Assembly: GCA_002189035.1 (NCBI GenBank)
Contig: NEEC01000002.1
Coordinates: forward strand, 3,410,001-3,474,000
Origin: Utricularia gibba
Taxonomy: Eukaryota > Plantae > Magnoliophyta
DNA length: 64,000 bases
Reading direction: 5' to 3'
Of this stretch, positions 37,850 through 51,307 are shown piece after piece. The notes below the pieces were generated by a model. The model ran no database searches. It had not been told where the DNA came from and saw nothing but the letters and a program-made list of their open reading frames with translations. The number at the start of each line of letters is the position of its first letter. The stretch's first letter is position 1. The position numbers were made by a program, and so were the translations under genes.

Positions 37850-40800
37850 ATATTGTCTCACTGTCACCCTAACATGCTGCCCACATAGAGTATCTCTGTA
37901 ACATGTCGTAACCACTTGCCACCCATGCTCGGCATCTCCATATCTTCTCGTATCAATCCGTAAGCCCTCTCGCCACACGTCCATGTCCTTCCACACAGTA
38001 CGCACGGTTGGCTCTAATCCGATGAGTCTCTCGCACTCATCGTTGCCGCCACAGTCTCGCCCGTTACCCGCTCGCCCCTTGCGTGAGCTCGCCTCCCTTG
38101 TGATCGGTTTTTGCACCTATCCACATAGAATTCCACACGTTTGGCATCTCTCCCATTGAGCACGAATGCTCAGCATTGCCGCCATGACCGTAGTTCAATG
38201 GCCCTAATTATTGCTCATGTGGCATCACCATCTACGGCCTCGCCGCATTGCCATTGGGGTTGCACTCCCCAATCCCGCACATAGCTCATAGTCCCTCGAT
38301 CACGCAGCGAGGACTTAAGTATCAAGGTACCATATCTCTCACAACCGAGGGTTAGCTTCAACCAAAACTCATCACAATTCTACCGTAAAGCCCTTACCTT
38401 TCATCCCTCCACTGCTCATCGGATCGCCTTCCATGCTGTTGTTGTCACCACACATCTATCCCATCACAAATCCTTCGCCATTCAGTTCTCCTCTCTCCAT
38501 GTGCATCTCAACCAGCCTTGTCCCGAGCCTAGAAGTACCCATCCAGCTACGCAATTCAGCATCCTCATGACCATCAGCCTTGACCTTCCCTTGTATGGGT
38601 TCTCTCTTCTCCCCCTTGGTGGCTGCCTCCCTTCCTCCTCCAGCCTAATCCCCCTACACAAGGGTCTTGATAACACATGAATTTTCCTATTTATTAGAGT
38701 AAGAAAATTATGCTTTTGAATCATGTTTTAAGTGTTTATCTTATAGTTTTTAGTATTTTTACCAAATTTTAGGACATAATATGATTTTATGTGTTAATGG
38801 GCCAAATCCTTTGATTTAGCACATCCCATATTATTAACATTTTTTCTAATCCAGCAACAAAGTTCTAAAATCAAGGATGAGACATGAATTTTGTGCATGT
38901 AGAGATTTGGAAGAATGGGCAGCATTAAAAGAGGAGACATAATGCACTGTTCGGCCGTCCACAGTCTGCAGGTTTAAACCAGGACAGTACAGATGTCAAG
39001 AGCAGTAGACTGATTTTGAAAAATGGAAAAAAGATGTGAAGATATTTTTGGAGGGGGGACAAGGAAGAGAACGAGGGCAGACCCGAGGAGGGGTCTTCTC
39101 CCCCAACACGACGAGTATTGAACCAGGAGAGGAGAAGAAGAACTTCATCCTCAAGAACAGCATCAGAGCCCAGTCCAGCGCTATTGTTCTGGCCAGGGAA
39201 CAGTAGCAGACGGGAACCAGAACTCTTACTGCTTTATTTTCGTTTGTTGATGTTTTCAGTTTCTGCAACCAACTCTTTCACGATGTTCTTGACATTTTCG
39301 TTGTTTTATGTTAATGTCATTACTTTTTACCTTCCAAATATGAGTAGCTAAAGCTTAGGAATGTCTTGAGGTGAAGCATGGTGGTGTGGGTCTAGAATTC
39401 TTAATAAAATTAAGTATTGTTACTTAGTTCTTGTTTCTATCATTCCATGGGTAGACTAAGGAGAGAAACAAGTGACTTCGCAACTAAGAAGCTTGGTTTA
39501 GAGATAGACTAATAAATCAAGGCGGCCATAGTAAGTGTTAGTCCAGGGTAGAACCAGTAGAACCAGGTAAACCTAGTTCTATACACTTTGCATGCAGGTA
39601 GACCTAATTGTAATGTTGGTGATGGCATTGGGACTAGCTTAGCCGAAAATATGGCAAATGACCTGGGTAGACTTAGTTTATTGAAGTTGTGAATGTAGGA
39701 ACATGGTAATTTAAGTTAGACATTTTAGCACCACACCACCGGCAGATCCTTAAGGCATCTTCGTATTATTTTGAGTTAGAACCAGTCCTTGTTACCTTTA
39801 GCATTCAGACCTGATATTGTTTACTGATCTTGTTTACTGAACTTGTTTACCACTATTGGTCCGAGCTTCGACTAAGACTTACTATTATTCCGAACTATGC
39901 ATTTACTAAAACACTTAGCAAGCACAAGCTTCTCGTGATCAATCCCGAAATCCACTATGCAAGTTTTCTAAATTTGTATTTTATGTAGATTAGGGCTTAT
40001 AAATTTATTTGATAACGAAATTTCTATTTTTGCAACGACATTAGGAAATTTCCGTTTATCATGTCTTATTCCCCTATTTATACCCTTAATTAACCCTATT
40101 AGGCCCTATTTGAGCCCGTTGGGCAGAACTTTCGTGACCGATACTCTATATTCTTCATCGGGCCAGCCATGGTCACCTATGGTCCATGTCTCTCACCAAC
40201 TCATAGCTCTTGTCCTAGTCACCTTGTTGCGGATTCGGTTCAGGGGTATTACAATCTCCCTCTCTTAAGACGCTTCGTCCCCAAGCGTCAACATGGCATC
40301 ACAATTCATTCTCCACACCTAACACAACTATTACCCTCTGGCTGATTCGTCAGTATTGCCGCTCTGCTGTCTATCGCTATAGTTCATCGTTCCTTACACT
40401 CCTTACTAGGCTTAGGTCTCGCCTTTGTCCCTTGAAAGTGTTACTTGTCACTTCGCCATACTCACTGGCTTCGCTCCCCACATCTGGTGGCCTTCTACGA
40501 TGAACACATCTTGGTTGTGCAACCTCCTTGTGTTGCACCATGCTTCACTGCTCCTACTCATTAGTAGTTTGATCAATCGTCATGCTGGTTATACATCGCC
40601 CTCACAAGGTCTTGGGAGCCTCATTCCCTTACATGTCAGAACTTCTTCACCTCACCAAAATCACTCCCATGGGGATTATGGCCACTTGACTACGTCATCC
40701 CCCACATACTCTACTCACCAGCGTCGCTGATTTCCACTGTCTCTCTTTCTCGAGGAACTTGAGCCATCATTCTCTTGGGCATGATCAATTCAAGCCCTAA

Positions 40801-43221
40801 CGCCTTTATGTACGGGTACCATTTGTATAACGCTAGATGCTGGCTCCACATAGTGTATATCACCTTACACAAGTTCTGCCATACGCCTCTTCATGTCAGC
40901 TTCGTCCATGACGAGTCCTCTAGTGCCTTGCTGCTTTTCCTGATTGCTCTTCTAGGCGAGGGCTTCAATATGCTCACCCTCACACATCGATGGTCTTGTC
41001 CTTGTCCACGTATGCCTCGTTCCTACCAGGGTGTACTCAAGGCTGCAAGGCATGTATATGCATTCTTTTCCATCGCATCCCTAGTTCCTTCATGCCTAGC
41101 ATCTCAATTCTTGTAGTAGCCCTGGATCAATTCTAGGTTTCATGTGCTGTCAACTTCTTAACCATTCCCTTACTGCATCATGTATTCTTCCCAAGTACTA
41201 TCTAGCTCCTACCTACCCACGATCCCTTAACCTTGGAGTCATTTATGTATTGCTGTCGTTCTCCTCACTATTCCTGCCCCGTGCCCATGCATAGCTCGTC
41301 CCGCTTGTCTAACCTCACTCAGTTCATCCATCTTCGTTGCTACTCTACTTGGTTGTTATGAAGTCCTTAGCTGGTCGTCCCTAACCTTGCCACATCCTTT
41401 TTCCTAGGAGAAGTTCCCTTGATGCTGGTTGTCGATCACGCCTGGGGGTATTAGTTGTTTCCCCACGACCTTCCTTGGCATAGACACTACCTTGAACGAA
41501 ACTGGTCTTGCAACTTTGTCTTAGTGATTGCTTGCATCCTTGTGCTTCCACCCTATTGCCTTCTTAGTGCCATCCACCATCTCACAGTTTACTACCAAGC
41601 TCATATATCCCGCCTACACCATGGTGTACACAGTGTACACTCAAGGTGGCCTTGTAGTCATGTTCTCCCACTTCTTGAGGTGGCTAGTGCCTGAATTCCA
41701 CATTCATCTTGGAGTGCTCGACCACGTTGCTGGTCCAACATTAGTTCAAGGTGTATCCAAGGGGCTGATGTCTATGATCACCATATTCGTCTCCCACTAG
41801 TTTATGTGCCACCCCGTCACCTCGTTGATTCCATTAACGTGAGTGCTTTTGTATGACCATCTCCCAACCTTGGGAGTCCATTCTCCTAGATATCCTCTAG
41901 CTGCGTCCATCCTCAGACTAAGCAGCATCATCTCGCATAGTACCTTGAGGTGACCCTCATGTCCTCCTATATTTGATTTCCACACGACCTCCTCCTTGGT
42001 GCAAATCTAGAGTGTTCCACAAAAAGGATATCGTTGCACTCCCCGAGGGCACCCATCATTGCCGCCCATGTTGCTTCCTAAGTCACTTTGGATGCTCTAG
42101 TCACACGTTCAATCACCTGCTCCTCCATTCCCTCCCATCCTTGTGCTCACGCTGAGTATATGTAGTGTGTCTACTCGTTAGTTCCCCTACCTCCTTCACA
42201 TCACTGATTCGACATATGTCATACCGCACCCACTACCTCCCTAGGATTATTTTCGAGCTCTTCCCATACTCATCGGTGTGTCACCATGCATGTATGCGCT
42301 TACAAGATTGCACATGCTTGATTCCATACCTCCTACTTTTACCATGCGGCACCGTCGTTGCTCCCCATAGTCGTTTCCTGTGTTCTCTTATTTGGGGCTC
42401 GTGTGTGGTACACCTTGTCCCGTGCATTTTATCGCAAGCATCTCATGCCATGGTAGCCCTTGACTTCGTGCCCTTAACTCAAGTTCTGAAGAGAAGACAC
42501 TCTTAGAGTTGAAATCACTCCTCTCATTGCTATATCTCATTGCTATGCCCTTTCGTAGATTGCTCATTGCCCACACCTTTGCTAACCAACTGTATTTGTT
42601 GCACCATCGAAATAATCTGCCCCCAATACTGAACATATGCTCACCGAGATACCATGTCGCCCAAACTTCCTTGTATGTCCATCAATGACATCTCCATTCT
42701 CTATTAGTGTCATGCTTTCACAAGAATACCCATCCTTCCATGTTCCATGTGGTGTGTTGGCTTCAGCTCACCCTTTGAGGGTGTATAGCTCTTGTTGCAC
42801 GTGCTACTATCAATCTCCACTCATGGCGTTTCCCATGCCAATCACGAGCCCACCTCCACTAGGACTCAAAAATCCCTGTAGGCACAATCTATGTACGAAC
42901 ACTTAACTGCACGAGCTCTCTTCCTCAGTATCAATACACTCACCACTCATTGAGCTAACTCCCATACCAAGTCCCCATCTCTTGTTCATCTAGCAAAATG
43001 CTCACGATTAGAATCAACATGTACTCTCTCCTATCATACCTAGCAGCAGTGGGGCAGCAAGGGGAGCGAGTTTCCTATTCCTATTCCTAGCCCTTGACAC
43101 AACCTGGCTTTGATACCATTTGTCACGACCCATACTCGTCTTACACGATATTGTCCGTTTTGGGCACCCAACCCTCATGGTTTTACGTTCTCCCCTTCTG
43201 GGGCAAGGGCCTCATGCAAGA
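37850..43221 (-). mobile_element. Highly degenerate Tekay-like element: truncated 5' LTR, PBS, deleted internal region, PPT and LTR
   Basis: LTR end GGGTCGTGACA at 43121, PBS TGGTATCAAAGC (tRNA-iMet type) at 43107-43118, PPT TTAAGAGAGGGAGAT then TGTAATACCCC at 40253. The junction resembles the one at 9960-9995. Confidence 0.8.
38668..40061 (+). mobile_element. Solo LTR, Athila-like family A, inserted in the Tekay LTR
   Basis: TGATAACAC..CCGTTTATCA ends and TSD GGTCT/TGTCT. Confidence 0.85.
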
Positions 43222-43288
43222 TTAGGGTTTAGGGTTTAGGGTTTAGGGTTCAAGGTTCAGGGTTTAGGTTTTAGGGTTCAAGGTTTAG
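43222..43288 (+). repeat. Interstitial telomeric repeat (TTTAGGG)n, partly degenerate
   Basis: TTAGGG, three TTTAGGG, then TTCAAGG TTCAGGG TTTAGGT TTTAGGG TTCAAGG TTTAG, all in 7-bp phase. Confidence 0.9.
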
Positions 43289-43533
43289 TAATTTGGTGGC
43301 CTCAATATGAGTGTATTCTATAATGTCTTGTGTATTCTGTAATCTCTTGAACTTTTTCAGGTTTTGATGGCATTTCCAACTCACTATTTTTTCCCTTCAG
43401 GTTTTCCATGTAACCATTGTGTCATTTTTCTTTCTCTGCTATAAAACACAATGCATAGCCCATATATAAGGTATGATAGTAATTTGGTGTTCGTGAACTT
43501 ACAACATGCAGATTAGCTAAGATCCTATAATGA

Positions 43534-43662
<129 letters not shown>

Positions 43663-45850
43663 TAGGAGAGGGTGAGAGTATTGTGTTGCTTAGTTATGCA
43701 CTTTTTCACTGTAAAGGGCGTGTGATGCTCATTATTTTTTGAAACTAATGCGTTGATAAAAAAATGATCTTGGGACGGGTCTTTTGGCTCCCTACTTTTT
43801 CCTGTTCTCTCGCTGGTTCTGTCACCCATTCCAGGCTGTTCCCATGAATAAGGAACAGTTTTTTCTTTTTTTTCAGGGCATTTGTGACCGGAATATTTGG
43901 TGCATGCAGCAGCAACTCATACTGATCTCGAATGATGATGCGGTGGTCTTCTCAATTGGTTGAGGCATGAAACAAACCCAGTCCAAGCCTGAGGAATCAA
44001 CTCAATTGGATTCCTCTTTTTCTTTTCCTTAGTTCTGGATTGCGTGTGTTCCATACGCCTGGATCCTCGTTTGATCACTTATCAAGTAATGCTTTCCCTG
44101 CTGCCACAGCAATGTGTGCTTTGGATCTCTTTCTAGAGATTTGTTTTGTGTACAATTTTGGTGTTCCAGGGCATGACGATTCCTTTTCCATTTCTCAGGG
44201 CCGTCCAATAAGATGATGGAGTTGAATTATTGATGTCGAAAAAAAAAAACAATCACTTTAGCTTTAGACTTTGGGATGGATTTGATCTGTTCCAACATGG
44301 TTTGTCTATGGTAGTGGGAAATGAGAAATCTTTGGGGCACAGCGCAGGGCCCTTGCAATCGTCTCCCTTTTAATAATTCAGGAACATGAAACGGGACGTG
44401 TGACATGATGCAACACACATTTCCAGTTGAACTTGGCATCAGATTACCAATTGCAACAGCCAAATCCTTCATGAACTTTTCTTTTTACAGGTTTAACCTG
44501 CATGTGTTACTGCCACTCGAGAACACGGCTTTTTCTTTTTTTTTCTTAACCTTCACCCTGTTCATGTGTGGACTTGTTGGACGCATAATCCGTGCCCAGC
44601 AATCCCTTCCCTGAGTGTTGAAAAAAACCAACGTGGTGAAGATTCTGAAACTCAGACTTATCGCACGCAACGCAACTCCCCCAGTTCTTGTTCGTGTCTG
44701 CTGCTGTGGTAAAGTGACATGCTTTTGGTGGTGCCTGGATGCATCAGCTTCTTATCAACCGAAAGACACCAGCCATAGCGACACGCATATGCTACTCCTT
44801 CACCCCATTGCTGATCAAATGCTTTGAAGTGTTGACTGTCGAGGATGAGCTGGGTAAGAAGCAAGGCAGAGACCCCAGACCGGTTCATAAGCCAAATACA
44901 TGTAAATTACCACCATGCAGTCTTCCAAGCGGCCAGAAAACAAGAAAAAATTGAAAAAAAGATACCTTTTCATCAGCCGGGTTGGTTGCTTGTGCTTCTC
45001 GATAAGCATCATTAGTCCCACTTTCTTAATCAGAAAAAGTTTACCTTCTGGTGGAATCAGGGACTCTGAGTGTGAGTGAATGAATTATGGCACGATGATG
45101 ATGTCATCTTCTGTGGTATTTGAAGCATATCCACGTGAGTAGTTCAACTGGAATTGTGCATCTCTTCTGAACCTTTACTTTCTTCCACAAAAATAGTCTA
45201 CCTGGAAGGGGACTACAGCGCTGAATGGCTCCAACACTGGGATTCCATTTAGCAACCAGCCCTTGGTGCGCTTCCAATGCAGAAACCACCATATGATTCT
45301 ACGGATATGAAATAATAAAATGAAAAGTGGTTCTACACTTACGCCATACATGACGACAAAGCTCTCGTGTGCTTCATGTCCATCACCGAGACCCTTTCAT
45401 CTCATTCTGCCGACAAAAAGTAGTTGCTAACAGCGAGTATTTTTTGCACATCCCTAGAAAAAAACTATCTTGCGGGTTACAGAAAAATATAAAGAACACT
45501 AACCGGTCATTAGTCATCATATGCTACGTAAGATTGTGAGTTGGGTTTAGATGAATTGAGGATGTCAGTTTAGTTTTTAGCTCTCAAGTGAGTGCTAATG
45601 TAACTGCACACCTTGAAGAAGGCGTGTGAGATTCAAAGGACTGAGGAAGATGGTGTGGTGACGTCTTTGTTCAGAAGAAAAATGCGATTGCCAATCCATA
45701 ATACAATAGAGTCATCGAAATGTTTTATTAAAAAGAGACATGCTTTTGCTTTATTGCTGCAGGTTGACATGCTTATAAATAGAGGGACTTGTTATATGAT
45801 GCAAAAGACTATTTGCCCTTCACAGAAGATAAAGAGAGGGAGAGACCAAG

Positions 45851-47469
45851 ATGTGTGGAAACGGGGTATTGGTGTTGCTTCAGAAGGCCAAACCCTTCTT
45901 GGCCATGGTCTTCTTGCAAGCTGGGTACGCTGGAATGGATATCATCTCCAAAGCTGCTCTCAACGATGGAATGAGCAACTACGTGTTCGTTGTTTATCGC
46001 CACGTAGTCGCCACCATCGTTATTGCTCCCTTCGCCTTAGCCTTCGACAAGTTAGTGCAGAAAAACTTATTCTCATTGTGGGTTTCTTTGTTTCCAGTTC
46101 ATTTCTGTGTAATCATGCATATTGTTTTGTTTTAGGAAAGTGAGGCCAAGAATGACGCTCGCCATTTTCGGAAAAGTTATGCTCCTCAGTTTCCTCGAGT
46201 AAGAGACGCAGCTCCGTTTTGCCTGTTCATGTTTTTGTTCTTTTCGAATTTGAAATAGTTGGTTAATGATGAGGTGATCATCAGGCCGGTGATCGATCAA
46301 AACTTATACTTTCTTGGCATGAAGTACACGACGGCCACCTTTGCGGCGGCCATGGCCAATGTTCTTCCAGCTATCACTTTCCTCATGGCCTTCGCTTTCA
46401 GGTTCATCTTGTTGCTTGCTCCTCCTCATGTTACTCCTAATTCTTCTAAACTTGAGGAGGATATTGGGTTTGGATTGCAGGCTGGAGAAGGTGAAGCTAA
46501 AGAGCATCCGAAGCCAAGCCAAGATAATTGGGACGGTGGCGACGGTGGCGGGCGCCATGATCATGACCTTGGTACTGGGCCCCGACATCGGCCTTCCATG
46601 GACTAGAAATGGAAGCTCTCATGCCCATCCTGAACAGCAAGGGGTAATCTCCTGGAACATTCCATCAAAGGAGCTGTTTTCATCACCATTGGATGCATCA
46701 GTTGGGCTTCTTTCATGATCCTGCAAGTAGACACTCATCCAACTCTTCTCTTACGTAATACTGTGTCTTCATAGCCACTGAGCTAACACTATTTGCAGGC
46801 GGTGACGTTGAAAACTTATCCAGCAGAGCTGTCCTTGACCGCATGGATTTGCTTGTTGGGCAGCTTACAAGGATCAGCGGTGGCGCTGGTGATGGAGAAG
46901 GGAAACCGAGCTGCCTGGTCCATCAAATGGGATACTAAGTTTCTCGCTGCAGTCTACAGTGTACGCCCAACACCAAGAAACGCACAATCATGAATTCTCT
47001 GACTTGGTCGCAGACTCACTTCTTTGGGAAAATTTGGCAGGGTGTGTTCTGCTCAGGAATTACATACTACGTACAAGGAGTGGTGATGAAAGAGAGAGGC
47101 CCCGTCTTCGTGACAGCATTCAGCCCTCTCAGCATGATCATTGTTGCAGTGCTCAGCTCCTTCATATTTTCCGAGAAAATGTTTTTAGGGAGGTAAATAT
47201 CAACCACTTAAATTACCTAACTTGATGCTAAATGGATCATATGATCAGAGGTCGTGAACTGTGCATGCAGGGTGCTTGGGGCAACAGTAATCGTGATAGG
47301 GCTCTATTTCGTAGTTTGGGGCAAGCAACATGACTACAAACTCCACGGAGAGCAAGAATTGCCTATCAAACAGCAGCAGCAGCAGCAGCAGCAAACCCCC
47401 AGCTTGGAACAAGTTTCAACAGCGACAGCAGCAGGAGGAGAAGAAGATGAGAGAATTACAGTAAAGTGA
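45851..47469 (+). CDS. WAT1-related protein / UMAMIT EamA-like amino acid transporter (7 exons; one 1-bp frameshift in exon 4)
   Basis: Exons 45851-46050, 46136-46198, 46285-46401, 46481-46726, 46799-46960, 47041-47192, 47271-47469. Motifs KPFLAMVFLQ, DQNLYFLGMKYTTATF, AKIIGTVATVAGAM, ERGPVFVTAFSPL. Exon 4 is one base short. Confidence 0.93.
47371..47394 (+). repeat. (CAG)7CAA microsatellite encoding polyQ in the transporter C-terminal tail
   Basis: Read directly from the sequence, in frame with the last exon. Confidence 0.95.
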
Positions 47470-48889
47470 TAAAGAAGTTTATTAGACGACATTAGTTATG
47501 AATGACAAATGTGCGAAAGTAATAAAGAGCACAGGTGTGGCGTGGCGTATGTGATTAGGACATGGTTAACCCAACACTCACCCACACGCAATGTCCATGT
47601 CACGTGGGGATTGAAACCACTCTTGTTTTGCTCTTGGTGGATTCACCACTCACGCTCCACTATCTGAAAAAGCAACTTCCGCCTCTCCCACTCGTAGCAA
47701 TCAAATTTATACGGACATTGTTGGTTGGGACTTGGGAGTAGTTCGAACCGGGACCGGTTCAGGTACAATATTTGTCAATCGTTTCGATTTCAGTTCACTA
47801 TTTCAATCTGGGAGTATTGTCGGAATTGGAATTTCTAGTAATTTCGTTCTGATTCATTTTCTTCTAATAATATAATTAACAGAAGTTGATTGTTCAAATT
47901 TTTCAAGTGTTAAATCCATTCCACTATGCGGTAATAATGAAGTTTCTAACCTCAAAAGATGATAATGAAGATTTTATTCATTAAAAATTTTGAATAAATA
48001 AGACTCTATTTAAATGCAGTTTGAATAAATGTTAGTTTGGTGTGAAGAAGACAATGAATTCATTCAATCATCAAAAACATTCTACATAAATTGTGATTAT
48101 ATCAATATAATTCTATAAATAGTATTCAAAGGTCATTTAGAATGAGTGTAACGCTATTGCAGCAAGGTTGCCTAGAGTGTAGGCATGAGTCTCTTCTTGA
48201 CGCCAATTTGACAACTCACAATGTTTTGCATCTAACCCATAAATGGAAGATTCATGTGGAACTAAATAATGCTATTATTTAGGTTTTTTTTTTTTCAGTG
48301 ATGAGGTATATGTTTGTCTTAGTAGCAAAATCGATTTGGTGTTTGTGGGATTTCAGGTGCATTTTTGTTGGTTTATAGTTAGTGGACTTGGATGAAATTT
48401 TTAGAGTGAAGGCATACAGGAATCTTTCTTCTGCAGCGGTTACCTAAGGTTTGCTCTAATTTTACACTTAGGTGTTGTTTTGGTGCACTCGTCCCTTTTT
48501 TTATGTCATAATAATGATCAGAGCAGAAATCCATCAGTGGATGCATACTCTAGGAAGAATTGATGATGAAATTAAAACCAAGCATCATTGGAGGCTTGAT
48601 GAAGAATTAATTTTTTTTCTTTAAATAATCAAAGTGGCATAACCAAATTCATGGAATCATGGTGCCTCATAACATTTGCAGGCCAACTAAATGAAGAGGA
48701 ATAAATGTAGCCAATCTGACTCTTAAATATCTACCAAGTAAATCAGGGACACAATGAACAAAAACGCTATCAAACTATATAAACATATAGTCAACTTCAA
48801 AACTATGCACTCTGATAAGAGCTCAGTGCTGAAAAATTAAGACCCAACCAATAGTTAATTTGGAGTAGTCCATAAATCACCAATTCTAG

Positions 48890-49190
48890 AGAAGTTAATA
48901 TTGAGGGGATAAGAGCTCAACAATGAAGAAGTACAGCCCAACCCAATTTAAGAAAAGCCTAGAGTATTTTAGAAAATGGTGGTAAACTTCAAGAAGAATT
49001 TAAAAAAACATAGAATAATCTAAAAATAATGAGTTTAGAATTATATAAAATGTTTCATATTATAGTATAAATAGGAGATTAAAGAATTTGGAAGTGTGTG
49101 AGTTGTAAATATCCTTTTGAAAACTAATAGAATCTATTCCTCAAAATTGTTGTTCTACACTCTACACTCTATGATATAATTGTCACAATT
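48890..49190 (+). mobile_element. Possible decayed copia-like LTR remnant
   Basis: TATAAATAGGAG followed by GAAGTGTGTGAGTTGTAAAT, an LTR-like layout. No termini or TSD found. Confidence 0.25.
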
Positions 49191-50322
49191 GTAATATTAG
49201 CTAACATAATGACACTAAAATGCAATAGTGAAAAATGTGGTGTCATAGAACTAACAAACACCTAGAACTTAAAGCAATCATATAAAATACAAATATTGAA
49301 GAACATGTCATCAATGATTAGAAATGAAAACTTAGGTTTAAGTCCGGTAATCGGCTGGCCATCTAGACTTTCATTGAACTTTATGACTAGAATATCAAAA
49401 TCTTTAAGATTGATTGGACTTTAAATCAAAATTGATCTTACATGTTTTTCATATTTTTTTGAATATAAAAGTTAAATATTATTTATAATTATTTTTATAT
49501 AATTTTTTAACTTGCATAATTTTATTTAAATACAAATCACATTATATTTTTTTTTATAAATAATGAGAATTTATGTTACATTTTTATTAATTTACATTAA
49601 TTATTTGATTAAAATTAATATTTATAATTCAACTATTTAATTTTATAAAATATCTTTTTAAAAAAAGAAGGATTGATCCGACCCGAATGAATTATATTTA
49701 TCGATTTTAAAATCCTATAGAATCGGGTCTCAACCTGACCCGAGCCCCAATTGTCAACTACAACACACTGGAAAATTTACCCAATCTAGAAAATTGGAGG
49801 TGGCACATCGCGAAAAATTTTTCTACTTGATCATAGAATTTCCATTAACTCGACAATTTGAGACTCTTAGAAAGATTTCAAAAACACTCAATTTGAATTG
49901 AGGGGCATGAGCATCACCAAGAAAGATTTCAAGAACCATGGAGCAGATGGATTCTTTGTAAATTCAAGCACGCGGATTTCACACCAGTTTTCCTGAATCG
50001 GGTGTTTGGGTAAACCCTCAGACAAACACCTGTTTTTTCTTGAATCTGAACCCTAAACCAGACGACCAAACCTGCCCTTACTCTTGCCATAAACCACTTG
50101 CTTGTGAAGAGATGGATGGATACTCAACCCCATTAGTAAGAGAACAATAGGAAAATCCCATGATTGATACTGACCCAAATACAAAGAAAAATGGCAAAAC
50201 ATATCCGGTGCAAACCACTTCTTAAACATCGGTAACATAACAAAAATAGTATTCAAAGAAAATCCAAGTGCCATCATAACATTCTACCGAGGAGGAATGA
50301 AACCAGAGAGAGCTATCAAAAG

Positions 50323-51307
50323 TCATATGATTCCAATCTTGTTGGCAACATCCAGAGCATCATAATCCGGTGTCAACCTCACGTATGCCTTCTTAGTACC
50401 ATCCGGCCTGAAAGATGAAGACAATAGAGCCCAAGGAATCATCTACTAAACGTAATGAGAATGCTTGACATGACTCTTTGACGACCCACAAATTCATACG
50501 CAAGAAGCACCATTAAGAGGTAAATGAACGAGCATCCATATCAAAAAAGGGCATCAGCGCATAGTGATTAACTATGTCTTGACCCCTGCAGCAAATAATG
50601 CCGCCTCACACAGAGTTTCAGATAAGAGAACGAGTAGTACCTGATAAGAGTGTTGACCTTCTTGGTCTGTATGTCATACATTTTTTTGACAGCATCCTTG
50701 ATCTTTTTCTTATCAGCACGGATATCCACAATGAAGACTAATGTGTTGTTGTCTTCAATTTTCTTCATAGCAGACTCCGTGGTAAGCGGGTATTTCAGAA
50801 TCTGGTACTGGTCAAGCTTGTTGCGTCCTGGGGCGCTGACACGGGGATACTTGGGATTCCTGTCCTTCTTCAATGTCTTTGGCCTGTGAAAGGTAACGCT
50901 CGTGCGTATCTTCTTTGCCTTCTTCTTGAAGGTGGTTGAACCAGCTTTCACAGCTTTGGCTGCCTTCAACGCCTGAGCTTTCGGGTCCGACTTCTTGGTG
51001 GCATCAGCTATAAAAGATATTCAAAACATAATAATTTAGACTCGGATCATGTAACCCTAGAGGCGCATAGCACCTCACGTAAAACCCTAACAATGGCCTC
51101 AGGGAGCTTCCTTATCATGAGAATAGGGCTACAGCATAAAAGCGCCATGGATAAAGACAACCAAAAACGAATCTTGAGTGCACAGAAACCATATCTTACT
51201 GCAATACCGGGAATTCAGAGTGGCTCTACGCTCTAAGAACACAAATCAGAGAAGATCATTCGTTCCAATTAAGGCGAGGAAAAGCAATTACCTTTCGCAG
51301 GGGCCAT
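50323..51307 (-). CDS. RPL23A: 60S ribosomal protein L23a (uL23), intact, 3 exons
   Basis: Exons 51307-51292, 51007-50641, 50407-50323. [82 protein letters not shown]. Confidence 0.98.

Noticed and set aside
43931-43993. Possible C/D box snoRNA (ATGATGA..CTGA)
   Set aside because: No convincing terminal stem and no guide I could match to rRNA; such boxes occur by chance.
45093-45171. Second possible C/D box snoRNA (ATGATGA..CTGA)
   Set aside because: Same weaknesses as the first; it would need snoscan or an Rfam search to support.
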